Source: Anthoceros angustus (lineage: Eukaryota > Plantae > Anthocerotophyta). Taken from it: DNA of 64,000 nt. A program made the translations under genes and the position numbers. Below the pieces are notes generated by a model. It saw nothing but the letters and a program-made list of their open reading frames with translations. It was not told the DNA's origin and made no database searches. Numbering within the stretch: position 1 is the first letter of the stretch; each line of letters opens with the position of its first letter. The stretch is from NCBI GenBank assembly GCA_010909165.1, contig MU008150.1, positions 496,001 through 560,000 on the forward strand. The letters are read 5' to 3'. This document shows positions 12,767 through 25,600 of the stretch, piece by piece.

Positions 12767-14156
12767 TGTACAAACTGTCCGCACGAATCTGATGAAAATG
12801 AGAAGACCCTGATAAGAAGGTTATGTAACTCTTCCCCACCTTGGACTCCAAACTTGTTCATGCAAAAATATGCACACCTACAATACAATTTAGGCATTAG
12901 AATTTCAGACGTAGCCTAGGATCAATGCAAACCAAAAAGAACAAAAGTACCTTTTTTGAGCCCCACGACCAAATGAACATTGATGATCTCTATGGGAAAG
13001 AATTCGTCGCTCATCATCATCCGAAATCAACTTAACCTCCTTTCGACATGACACAATCTCGAGGTCCTTGCTGATTTTCATGGATGCAACAAGAGCTGCC
13101 TGGGCCCCATGGAAAATCCCGTGAAGCATGTTTATCAAAGGAATGTCAGAGCCGGCCCAGCTCTGGTCCAGAATGCACTTCCTTGTTAAAATTCGGTTAA
13201 AACCCCGGAAGAAAGACATCAGCCTGCACATGGTAAAGTCATTATCAGCAAGTAGTTAAACTTAAAGCAAACTGAAAAGCAAACAACTTACGTTTCTGGA
13301 GAAAATCTGGAGTTGTCTTTCAGGTTTCGAACTTGATGGAAAAAAGGTATCAGAATTAGGTTAAGATCCTTATGCGGAATATCCTCAATAGCACTATCCC
13401 AACCCCTGACACCACTCACTTTCATAAAAGCCTTGACGACTTCGGCACCAGTTATTCTGCCGTTTAGACCTATCCTCCCCACCACTCAAAGCATCATTCA
13501 CAGCTCCCTCGGGGACTGAGGGGTCAAATCCCTGCTCTCTGAAGATTACTTCATTATCAATTTCTTCAATACCCATAGCAAAGTCATCTTGAGGACCAGC
13601 ACACTTCAGCCTTTCAAACATATCAAGGACTTCTTGATCAGGGATGACTTGGTCAGGAACCGGAACAGGCATGGAAAACTGGCCAGCCTGTATTGCATCC
13701 TGTTCAACACGACGTAAATCCCTAGACTGCAGACATGCTTTGGCAGCGCTCACAACCATGGGATCGTCAGTTATCAAAAATCATTCTCCCCACAAATGCT
13801 GGACCCCTCTCTCGAGACCTTTGGGACATAGTTAGTAATCTCTGCAAGAGGACCTTCAACCAATGCCACAGTCAGTGTCCACCCTTCTCCTCTTCACAAA
13901 CTTCAAGCCAGGCATCCTTATTGGATGAGAAGTGCCTTGGCGGTTTAGGAATGTTTTTTTTAGGAACTAAATAAGTTCCTTCACTGTGCACCAACACACC
14001 ATCAACTTTACCATCATCCTGCAGGGGATGAGTTGCAGTATGGGGAACTGCGGATTTGACACGTTGTCTTGTGTACGGCTTAGCCATGACTTCGGCCAGG
14101 GACCCTTGCTTCTTTCCCGATCCAGCAGGCCCAGTGGGTTTCCTTTTAGGTGCCAT
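12767..14156 (-). pseudogene. Crypton-like (DUF3504-type) tyrosine recombinase, spliced, 3'-truncated
   Basis: Exons ~14156-13292, 13223-12951 and 12877-12767 with GT-AG junctions. They splice to MAPKRK...KDLNLILIPFFHQVRNLKDNSRFSPETLMSFFRGFNRIL...FHGAQAALVASMKISK...VKLISDDDERRILS...GAQKRCAYFCMNKFGVQGGEELHNL, matching the DUF3504/Crypton pattern (FF.EVR.KDG..Y.P.SL...FGLRGGEEHR.L). Stop and frameshifts in the N-terminal part. Confidence 0.75.
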
Positions 14157-14249
14157 CTGCAAAGACACAAGAGCGTCAGTGTGATCAAAACAGAGCAAAA
14201 CATCCGGAACCACTTGATTAACTTGAAAAAACCAACATGAAGAAACTTA

Positions 14250-16750
14250 CATGGCATTTAAAACTTCCAAATGAGAACCTGCTGAAGGGTCTAAAAGTTG
14301 ATTATAACACAATCGAAAAGAAGGACAGGGCTGTGGGAGATATGGCAGAGACACATCCTTTGATCTAGACATTGTTAGATTTTGAGATCCCCTCCACTTT
14401 AAGTTAGTGAGAACATATACTTCCATTTCAAACAAAGCCCACTTACTTCCTGAAACAAAAAAAAAGAGCTTTCTGGCAACTGAAATATTAATGACACAAG
14501 AATATAGAATGTTAGCCCGACAATCGAGCCTTGAAACGTCTGAACACAGAGAAAATCAACGAAACTTCAAACTCAGGCAAAACGGTTATCCTGATTCATA
14601 GACAGACCAGAATTAGAATGTTGGCAGGCCAGCCCTTCACACGATAAACTGTTTTGCCTACACAGAGGAAAACAATCGTAGTGAGAAGCAGACATTATTC
14701 TCCCTTAAACCACCAAGAAACTGAAAGATACAATAAACAGAAAAACACAACTGTTAGATATCGCATATACAGATCACATACCAAAATCCTGAAGAACACC
14801 CCTAACAATTTTCTGGATGATGTGCGAGGTTGTCTGCAAAAAATGCCAAGAAAGAGAATAAAAATCAACAGATCCCTAAAAACATGCCGTACGACTAACG
14901 TAGCAGCACCATAGCAGCACAATTCGGACCCAGGCAATAGGAACCTTGACAAGTACTAGTAATCACAGAGAAGCAAAGGGCACCAAGCAGATAGTCAACA
15001 ATAATAACAGACACAGTTAACAATGAACACAGCAACAAACACAATCAACAATGACAACCTCAAAACAAAATGAAATAAACAAGAACAAAATGTTAGACAA
15101 AGCGAAAACAAAAACAAACACACAAACGAATCAAGCACAAACGCGACCAAGACTGTGACTGATAGGAACAAAAAAACAGAAATATAATAACTTCCCCAGA
15201 TAGGTCGGATAGAGAAAAACAGTAAGCGCACACATCAAGACAGAAAACACAACAGACAACACAACACACATACAGATCATAAACAGACAGCACGGATAAC
15301 AGCAAAAACCAGAAAAAACAACCAAAGAGACATGAAATTACACCAACAAAAATCAGACCAATGGAACTCAACAAACCAAATACACAAATAATTGTCTGGC
15401 ATAGACAGTGTGATCAAGTCAATCGAATGAAAGTGACAATACCTTCAAGGTGTTCTGCCCAATGGCGACGATATTTGCTTGAAACAGCGCAAGCACTTCT
15501 AGATGAAAACACAAGAGCGTAAGACGGCAGAACTGTATGACAAACGAACCAAAAAAACTAACGTAAAGTGGATTACCTGTACGAATGACTTTAGAAGCGT
15601 CATGCAGAATTTTGTACAAATTTCGTTAATATTTGCCGCAAAGAGACAGTGGTAAGACAACCACGTTTAAGACAGAGCACTTTGAGAAACAGAAGCTAAC
15701 TAAGTACAGAAGCAAACAAAATTTCCAAAACACGCAGGAAATACCAGTCGAATTTGTAAACCAAACGATCTGATGCCTTCTGCATCATAAGGAGACAACA
15801 GCACAAGTGTTATTACTCAGCAAAAAGGAAAACAGCTGCAATGGAGATAAAAGATAAGACCAAGCAGACACGTAAGCTAGACGAAGACAAACAACAAAGC
15901 GGACCAAGACAGCGCATGATCAACTTCGACGATAGCAAGAATCTGAGAGAAAATCAAAACAGGGACATATGAGACACAGGACAAATCCGACGACTAGATA
16001 TTACTCCTGTCAACTGAGGAGGCACTTCACGTGTGAGTCTTGAACGTTTTCAAAAAAACAAGACACAATGGTGAAGTGTAACAGCACAGAAATTAAGCAT
16101 TCGAGGCCAAAAGACCACAAGAAACAAGCACTGAAAGACAAGACTGACACGAAAACACAAGTTTAAACAAAGCGCAAACAAAACTGAGCTCACCGTTAGA
16201 ACAACATGGCAGTGGCTATGAGCTACAAAAATTAAGACAAAGAAGAAAGAGAGACGGACGAGACTAGGCTGAACGACAATGAACACAAACAGAACCTTCA
16301 AAACAAAACAACAAACAAACAGGTCTACCCTAAAGGCCGTGACACCCTGCCAAGGCTCCTAGCCCTTCGACCCGAAACAACTTTGGAAGCAACCCCTTGC
16401 CCCTCGAACAAGAACCGAAGAACAAAATAACCTAATTCTTCGAAACATGAATAGCCCTTGGCCTTCGGACAACAACCTAAGCCTACATTCGTACAGACAC
16501 AAACTTAAAATAACAGATATATGCCTCATTGAATGTTGAATCACAACAAGAAAAAGGGAATCAGGAAGAACAGAAAAACGAAAAGCAAAATGCTAGACTA
16601 GAGCGCCAACAAAAACGCAACCACTTACCAACTAAAGAAGTGTCCAGATCAACCTACTAAAACCAAACATAACCAAAAACACCGAAAAGCAGGCACGGCA
16701 CTGGCATAAAGAACGACGAGGTGCACAGAAAAAGAAGTGAGAGAATAAGT
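14250..16750. other. Non-coding, strongly strand-biased (CA-rich on +) tract, probably intronic leader of the minus-strand gene
   Basis: Few G on +; only spurious F/V/C/L-rich ORFs on -; ends at a TTGCAG acceptor just before the MAPKRK ATG. Confidence 0.55.
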
Positions 16751-16790
16751 ACTAAAACAGGTCAAGACCTTTTAAGAAGCGCCTTGATAG

Positions 16791-17450
16791 CTACCGAAAA
16801 CACCTTGGCACAAGATGTTTCAAATGAGCTCCTTCGGCTTCCACATGAAATGAAAGAACGCATCTTGAAGTAGTGGTTGGCGCAGTCAAAAAAACTATCC
16901 TTGTAAAAAGTTTCCACTTGAGGTGAGCAATCTTATCTGTCCTCCAGCCATTTCGCGTCTTCGCGTCCACCCCTCCTATGAGCATGCTGAGAGCTTCCTC
17001 GGGAAGGTCAGCCACCACTGCCCTTTTTCCATCCTCATTCCTCTCGGTGGGAGCCACACCATCACTTTCGCTCTCTGGCCTCCCATATACCTTACAAATG
17101 TGCTGGACAGTCCATCCCTTTGGATCTGTCCGCACGCTCCTCTCCTCCATGTTCTCCTGCTTTCTCCTCCGTCGATTCGAGCCGCCAGCAAGACTCGACC
17201 AACTCCACATTAGAATAGGCCCAGTGCCTATCGTAAACCCACTGGAGCTGCACATTGTCGTTAGCAGCCCACAGTCAAAAATCCCATAAGTCTCTGGAGG
17301 AGACTTGCACGCTGAAACATAAAAAACCCGGCCCCTCCTTCTCGGCCAGGTCTTTCTCGGGCTTCTCCTTCGCCGTTTTCTCCTTTTTCTTCTCCCTTGC
17401 TGACAAGCTCGCTCCCTCCTTGCTGCTGGACGTCTTGCGCACTCCTCCAA
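16791..17450 (-). CDS. Unknown protein fragment (basic N-terminal part plus a globular-looking part)
   Basis: 219-aa ORF (GWTVQHICKVYGRP...VVADLPEEALSML...WKLFTRIVFL); no family recognised. Confidence 0.3.
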   Translation of the reverse strand: MEECARRPAARRERACQQGRRKRRKRRRRSPRKTWPRRRGRVFYVSACKSPPETYGIFDCGLLTTMCSSSGFTIGTGPILMWSWSSLAGGSNRRRRKQENMEERSVRTDPKGWTVQHICKVYGRPESESDGVAPTERNEDGKRAVVADLPEEALSMLIGGVDAKTRNGWRTDKIAHLKWKLFTRIVFLTAPTTTSRCVLSFHVEAEGAHLKHLVPRCFR

Positions 17451-19901
17451 GACTATTGCGCGTCTTCATCTCCTCCTTCCCTCCTGCTATACAGTCCGTC
17501 TTCCTTTCAAAACAAGGACCTTTCCTCCTTCAGCGGACGTTAGGAATTCCTCAACCACCGAAGGCTAAGGACGAAATTTTCCGCTGTTCACTAATTGCCA
17601 AAGTCCAAAGAAGAAAAATCAGCAGACATGCACAAGGGTCAGTCCGCCGCCACATCGCAGCCCTAACCTGCCGCCGGTCCGTCTTCCGCCTGTCCGGAAC
17701 CCTCCGAAGGCCGAGGACAGCGCCTGATTTCCTCCTCCGAGCGCCAAGGACGATTTTGCTATATATGCATGCATGCGCTCCCTCCTTGGTGTTGTTGCGC
17801 CTCTCCTTCCTCTCGCGCACCCGTCATCGCTCCGCTGCCACACCTCCAACCCTTGCGCTTATCGCGCTTATGCTACCGCTTGAATTGCGAAGGCTCCCTT
17901 GCGCGCGTGTCCTCCAGCTAGAGTAAGAGTCTTACTCTGCTGCATGTTCGGGCTGGCTGGACTAGGGAGTGACCTGGCGCCGCTGCCCCTAGGCCCGGCA
18001 CCAACCCTCCTTTCTGCAGGTTCGGCCTTCCTCTTCGCGCTTAAGTTTTTCCAACCCTTTTGTCCGAACCTCCCATCCGGACCTCCGTCCTTTCTAGCCG
18101 TTGGACCCGTTTTTAGGTCTGTTTTTCCTCCATTCCATCCGTCCAGTCGGGGGACTGCAAATCTATCCGCCCGCTTCTCAACTGGCCACTCTTCGTTGCT
18201 GTCTTCCTGTCAGCAATCTCTTGATGAGAAAAAGAAAAAAAAGAAACCTAACTAATATGAACAAAATTAGGAGACATCCGCCTCTCTTCTAAACGTGGAC
18301 CCAAAATTTGGTGTTCCACATAACACCTAACCTACTTTCCGAACCTCTTAACGGCAGGGTGTAAAACGAACCTGCTGGCCAATAAAACACGCCACGACGG
18401 ACTCTCGAAGCATCTGGAACCCTAACTCGAGTATTTCGCGCCTACGCCTCATACCTACCTTCTATTGCCCACCACGCCGTCAGTCCGGTCCCTCACTTTC
18501 GCCTACCGCCGACGCGCAGCTGGTCCTCACTTACCGCCCTATCACGCACATGCCGCGGCTAGGTTCTTCTCTACCCACGCCCTACCGCCCACCACGCCCG
18601 GCGTGCTGCCTCGTTTTCTCATTCACGCCCTTTGCCCACCTCGGCCTGCCTTCACCCACGAACGCCTACGCCCACCACGCCAGTCATATCTATTCTGAGT
18701 GAGTCGTGTTCTCCTTTGTCTTTTCGGACTGGAGCCCAACGTCCGCCCTCAGCAGCATCCGCTCCGATCGTCAGCCACCGCCCCTTGGTTCCTCGGGCCC
18801 AGCTGTCCAAGTACTCACTCTGTGGCTACTGCCGACCTCAGAGTTGAAGAGCACGTTTACAAAAGACGGTTGCGCGATTAGCAAGAAGGGTCAGAAAACT
18901 TCGCTGCCAGTAAGTTAGCGATAGCAACGCCTTTAAACATGTATGGCGTCTTTGCCTTTGTCCCTGTGCTCATGTTTTGTTCTTTCTTTACCGCAGGGAT
19001 ACCTCACAATCAGTCTTCAATCTTCCAAGTTTTCAGTTCAAATCTTGACCCTTGTTTTTTCCACGTGAGTCCGTTTTTCCATCGGTAGCATCGTTTCTTT
19101 TAGTTCATTTGCAGTCCTTCGGTACCTTCCGTTGTGTTACAGTCCTTATTTCGTATTGGTTGCCAACAGTTACCTGCAATCTTTCATTCGGTACCTTTCG
19201 TTGTGTTACAGTCCTTATTTCGTATTGATTGACAGCCACTCTGAAGATTACGTCCTCATAACTCTGTCTGTCACTTTAGCACAACTAAACTGTCTGACTA
19301 TACAAGGACTACCACACTTCGAACACGTCTGTCCAGGTCTGTCCAGGTCAATCACGAAGACTTCCTTGAGCGTAAGTTGTTTCAACTTGTTCTATTTCGT
19401 CAGAGTCAGCTGGAAGCTTGCACAAATCAGAAGCTTAAAAGCAAACTTCTTTGCATGCACTTTCTGATAGCAAGTAACTGCTTGTGTTCGCTTGCCTCTG
19501 AGTGCATACGAGAATTTTTGTATTAGTTCTTTGGGTTTAGCAGTCTTCGTTTGTACTATCTTGAGCGTACATCCTACTGACACTGTCCTCTCTACAGGAT
19601 CAATTCCTTTGACTCACAATACAAGAACTCTCATTCTTCAAACATCGTGTCTGTCAAGAAGTCCCTTATTAAGCGTAAGTTGTGTTTCTTTTGCTTTTGC
19701 AGTAGCAGTAGTCAACGGTTCAACACCTTGCATGTAACTGCAGCCGCATCCAGTTGCCGTTGGAGAGTGTTACTCGCAACTTTTGCCGCCACCGCGCGGA
19801 GTCGCATGTACGCTGCCGCTGTTTAGAGCTTTTCAACTTTATTTAGTCCATTCAGTTTTATATACATTTCTTGAACGCCAAAAATGTTACCCCTTTCAGA
19901 A

Positions 19902-21400
19902 TGGATTCGGAGAACGAAAGCAACGATGAGATGGTAGACATCGAAGAAGGTAACTGAAATTTTTGTCTGACGCCCAATCGTCGTCTGACGCTCAATTTTT
20001 GTCTGACGCTCAATTTTTGTCTGACGCTCAATTCTTTTGTCTCTATCTAACACAGTGATTTTGACAGAAAGCCACCACGAAAGTGCAGAACCAACGAACG
20101 TTGGCAGCTGGTGGTCAAACAATGTTCGCGCCCATGGGGATCCAGGATATGCCACCAAATTGGAGTTCGAAATCCCACTCCTTGAAATAAGAAAAATCGT
20201 GGAAAAAGGTACATTGTTGAATTATACTACAGTTGAAAACGGAAATGCAAGAGTGTTTGTACGATGTAACTAACTTTATGCAAGTTTTTCAGTCCTCACA
20301 GAGCACACCATGTTTACATCTATGGACAAACAAGACTTACAGCTCCTTTGCTAGATGCCTGCTCAATTGGACAAGATAAAAAAGGTACAGAGTTTCTCCC
20401 CGGCTCCATAAAATTCTTTTCAGCATGGATGTGAAGTCTAATTTGTAATAGTTCACATGTACAGGATATCAAAAAGAATTTACGAACAACAGCACAGTTA
20501 GAGTTGGAGACAATGACTCTAGTCAGAAGGTTTAACGGGCATCAAATCTCAATTCAATCGATACTAGAGGTAACTAAACAAATGCATTTACAATATGTAG
20601 TATTGTAACGCTAATTTTATTAACAATTCACATGAGCGTCATGTAATGCTTGCTAAAGAAATCAAAGACAAAATATAGGACCTCGACAACAAAATCAACA
20701 AAACGGACATCTCACATCAGGTTGGTCAAAACAATCATTGAAGTCTAATATCCTGGACATGACAAAATTGAAGTATAATATCCTCTATTTAACAAAATTC
20801 TCCATTTTTATAGGAAAAGAAAATGAAAATAGAGGAGTCTGAAGACAATGCTCCAACTTATGGCCCTTCAAAAGAATTCATTGAATTTGGAAAATGGATG
20901 AAAAACTACCAGTATCCACCGATTTTCCAAGATTTCAAGAACAAATATGTTCCCATATGGGAGCATAGTCTTAAAGACCCAGTGCAGCCAATCCTCAATC
21001 CAGATGGGTCTACAGCAACCTTTGAGCAGTATATAGAGATTAAAAAAAGTAAGTATCTTTGGTTTTTTTTAGTTTATAAATTTTATTTATGCTTAAATTT
21101 CCCATATTGTGACTTGTAGAGATATCTAAAGCCATTCAAAATAAAGAGTTGAAAATTACAGACCTGTTGGCTCTAATGGAGGATCCAGAGACGACAAAAA
21201 ACATCCAGAAGGTATTTTCCTAAATTTACAAGTTATATTTCTCAAATGACATTTCTAACATCTGCCCCTTATTCAGAATTTAAAGTCACACTTTCGCAGT
21301 GTGGGGAACCTTCACAGCACCTGCATAACGTTAGTCAGAAAGGTATTTACCGAGCAGGACGTACTTCGACTTGAAATGGAGGTAACTTACTAACCTGTTG
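19902..21400 (+). pseudogene. Multi-exon gene of unknown function (acidic N-terminus, coiled-coil-like), inactivated
   Basis: At least 8 short exons with GT-AG introns: MDSENESNDEMVDIEE / SHHESAEP...KIVEK / VLTEHTMF...LC*MPAQLDKIKK / DIKKNLRT...SILE / EKKMKIEE...IEIKK / RYLKAIQN...NIQK. Probable 5'UTR exons at ~18.7-19.07 kb. Confidence 0.6.
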
Positions 21401-21814
21401 CACCTTCGTTTGTAGTTATCCGAGAAACAAACGGAGTTGTTTGCACTATTTGAGGTTAGTATATTAAATTGCTTGTTCTCAATTTTATAAAGAGTAATTA
21501 CTAACAAATGAAATTGCTTGTAGAAATATTCACATCTGGACGAAATCTTTAAGATGATAAACTTTTTATCTGGACCGTACAACGAGCAAATGAGAAGAAA
21601 CTCCAAAGACTACGCACCACCAAGATCACCTGTTTACACCCCGTCAACCCCAATAGAATATGACTTCTGAATCACACATCGTAACTCCCGTAAAATAGTC
21701 AGGTTAAAAATTGCTGGGACTTTTATGAAGCGATAGCAGACATCGAAACTTTTACCACACAAATTATATGAAAGATAGAGAAAGGACAGTTATAAGTTAG
21801 GCAGCAGCTCTGAG

Positions 21815-22694
21815 CGGAGATGCACTCGCTATGGCCTCGGTGCGAGTCGAGTGGCGCGCTGCCCTCGCCCACCTCGGCCGCCTTGCGCCGCAGCGTTGGA
21901 ACGCGAACGCTAGCGCTGCCGGCGGTCTGCTCTTCCTAATACATTAACCTCAACGGTTATGTGGAAGCGATTATTGCACATCGTGCTCTAGTAGTTATAA
22001 CCGCCATGAGTGCATTGTATAAATAGCCCAAGTGCTCATCAATAAAATATCCTTTTCTTTATGGTATCGAGCAAGCAAGTCCGCTTTGGCTCTCAACGCC
22101 CCGCGGCTTCCAATACCCACCCGGCATGGAGCGCGCCCGGAGCAACGGCAGCGGACTTCATTGATCCTGAGTAGGCTACCATGCCTCGGCGGCGCACCCC
22201 ATCGAGTTCGCCCAAATAGAACGCCGACCGCACATACACGCCGCCATGGACCAACTCCACCAGAGTGTATCTGCTGCATGGGAGACACTTTTGTCATCCG
22301 ACCCAATCCTTCACTAGAAGTGAGAATTTCATCAAGAATCCATGTAGTAGACTCCTACCGCTCAGAAGGCAACCTCTCCAGGTTCCGTAATCCCACAACC
22401 TCTTCCGAGGATTATCTTAAGAGTCAATTAGTACTAATCAAATCGCAGATGGAGGCACTCGCCATGGCCTCGGTCGAGTCGAGTGTTGCCTCGGCCCACC
22501 TCTCGCCTTTGCGCCAGGAACGAACGGCGTTGCAACCTCGTTACCGCGACGCCTCCGCGTCTGCTCTAATACATTAACCTCAACGGTTATGTGGAAGCGA
22601 TTATTGCGCATCGTGCTCTAGTAGTTATAACCGCCATGAGTGCATTGTATAAATAGCCCAAGTGCTCATCAATAAAATATCCTTTTCTGCTTTA
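21815..22694 (+). repeat. Tandem duplication (~630-bp period) of Copia LTR + PBS + leader
   Basis: LTR copies 21945-22061 and 22575-22694, each followed by TGGTATC(A)GAGC and the same leader. Confidence 0.85.
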
Positions 22695-25600
22695 TGGTAT
22701 CAGAGCAAGCAAGTCGCGCCCCGTTTGGCCTCTCGAACGCGCCCCGCGCTTGGCTTCCAATACCCACCCGGCATGGAGCGCGAGCAACCAGCGACTTCAT
22801 TGATCCCGGTAGGCTACCATGCCTGGGCGCACCCCATCGAGTTCGCCCAAATAGGAACGCAATCGCATATACCGCGACCGTAACTCCACCAGTGTGTCTG
22901 GTGCCACGCTGAGACACTTTTGTCATCCGACCCAATCCTTCACTAGAAGTGAGAATTTCATCAAGAATCCACAGTAGAGACCCTACCGCCACCGCAGCGG
23001 CAACCTCTCTGTTCCGTAATCCCACAACCTCTTCCGAGGATTATCTTAAGAGTCAATTAGTACTAATCAAATCGCAGATGGAGGCACTCCTCGTCGCCAT
23101 CTCCAACCTGCCTGTACACACGAACACTGAATCAAATGCATTGTGAGTAGGCGAATGCCTAATTTCGACCCACTAGGTCAGCATACTACAAAATTGCTTG
23201 CCAGGAGACTTACCCGTCTTGCACAACGTCCAACTATGGCTCAAATTGTAAACACCACTAAGGTAGAGTTTAGAGATCGAGATCGCTTCACAGGAAGCGA
23301 CTATGACATCTAGCAGATGTGCATCACTGCGCTGCTGGAGGAGCATGACCTCATGGGGATAGTCGACGGCACTATAGCCTAGCCGGTCACCACATCAAAC
23401 CCCAAGAACTCCACTGACCATCGCCTTGACCAGAAGGACAAGCAGCGCAGATCCTCATCTTTGCCATCGACAAAAGTATGATGCAACATACCAGTGGCCA
23501 AGCCACTTCTAATGCCATTTGGACAACATTTAAAGACATATTCCAAGCACAAAGCAGCATGTCTTTAATCAACACCACAAGGCAGTTCTATTCCTTGAGA
23601 ATGAAGGATTCCGATACCGAGGAACATCACGTGAACGTCTTCAGATCGCTCAGAGCAAAACTGGCTTCAGGAGGCACCGTTATTTCAGAACTACAAGCCG
23701 CAGTTGCACTACTAACCTCCTTGCCGCCTGCATATAGAACCTTTATCAGCGGATAGAATTCGGCCATACGTGCAGCAATCCAAGCAACTGCAGCAGGACA
23801 GCAGCCTGCTTATACCTTCACCGAAGTGGTTGCAGCCCTTCTCGAAGAGGAGTCCAGCATATCTGTCAATCACAAGGCAGCGCCGTCAAGCACCCATGCA
23901 ATGTTCACGGCGAGAGGTCGCGGCGCCAGGAGAGGAGGCGGCCGCGGATACTCCCAAGGACGAAGGCCCTCATCTCAACCATTCTCCGGCGGTAACACGC
24001 AGCCCGACAAGAGGACCAAGGGCCCGTGCAATTGGTGCCGAATCCCCGGGCACTACGAGAACGAGTGCAGAAAGAAGCTTGCCGGCGAGCCACGCCGTGA
24101 CGCACCTCGCAATGAGTCACATTTCACCAGCGTTAAGTCAACTTCACCTACATCTATGCTAGTCAGATGTCCGACGCTACTGTGATGTACTGCAATGGTT
24201 CCTAGACTCTAGCACAACCATATCTCATAGCAGAAGGAAGCTTTTGAGTCTTATCATGATTCACCAAAGACATCGACGTCCTTCTAGGAGATGATAGTTC
24301 TCGCAATCGCAGTAATCGCAACGCCTCCGTAGTTATCAAATGGTGAAGATCTTCTCATTACTGGAGTCCTGCACGTTCCCAGCATGACAAAGAACCTGCT
24401 ATCGGTACGCAAATTGGCAACTGAGCACAACCTGGTGATCACATTCCAGGGTAATCACTGTCTCATTCACAAGCTTAACGATCCTTCTAAAACAACTCTT
24501 GCACATGGCCTTCCATACAACGACTTATACCTCTCAAATATCCAGTCTACTTCCTTGCTGGTCGATGCTCAAAGATCAGGTCCTAAGTCTTTATCCAAGT
24601 TTGATTCTCTCCTTTGGCACTGCCGAGCCGGTCATATGAGTGCTCGCTATCTCAATTCCATGTCCAACGCAGCCACGTATCGAGACCCAATCTTAGCCAA
24701 GATATCCTCAGATCTGTACTGTGAAATTTGCCAGTATACCAAGCTAAACCAATTGCCTTTCAATGATCCCTTACCTACAAGGGCAAAACGCCTGCTTGAA
24801 GTCGCCCACTGATATCGGCCCCATGAGCACATCCTCCTTTGGTGGCCATTCCTATTTTCTAACTATTCTGGATGAATGGAGCCGGTATTGCCACATATAC
24901 TTTCTCAAGCACATGGACCAGGCCCTTCAATGCTTTCAAGAGTTTGTGACACTAGCAGAACGGCACACAGGACTTCAAGTCAGCACTCTTCGCACAGACA
25001 ATGTTGGAGAGTACATCAGTCACTCCTTCCAGGAGTACTGCACATCCAAAGGGATAAACCGGCAGCTCACAGTCCCATACACGCTAGCACAAAATCCTTT
25101 TGCAGAAAGACTTAATGATCACCGGAGATATCTCTCTACTCAAGGCGTGTGCCTCACATAAGGATATTGGTCAAGCCGCTTCGATGACCCACTACATCAA
25201 AAATCGATCACCAAGGAGCTTCCAAATATTACGCCATATGAGCGCTGGACAGGACAGAAGCCCTGCATATCTCATCTCCGTATCTTCGGCTGCCCAGCAT
25301 TCGCCCATATTCTAGATGACCTGCGAACGAAATGGGACGACAAGAGTAAGAAGCTGTTGTTTATCGGCTATTCTGACCAATCTAAGGCATACAGATTAGT
25401 TGACCCCTCTACCCGTCAGGTAACCTTATCACGCAGTGTACATTTCCATGAAGCAACTCTGCTCAATACTTATCTGCAGTCGGTGTCCACTTCCACACTT
25501 CTTCCTGCTCCCAGCATTTCTGGCCATTCACCTTCTTCCCTTTCTGACCTTGAGGGGGAGACATACAACCCCACAGACTATGAGTTTGTTGATGATATGC

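Noticed and set aside
14695-16544. Hydrophobic F/V/C/L-rich ORFs suggesting membrane proteins
   Set aside because: Result of T/G strand bias in non-coding DNA.
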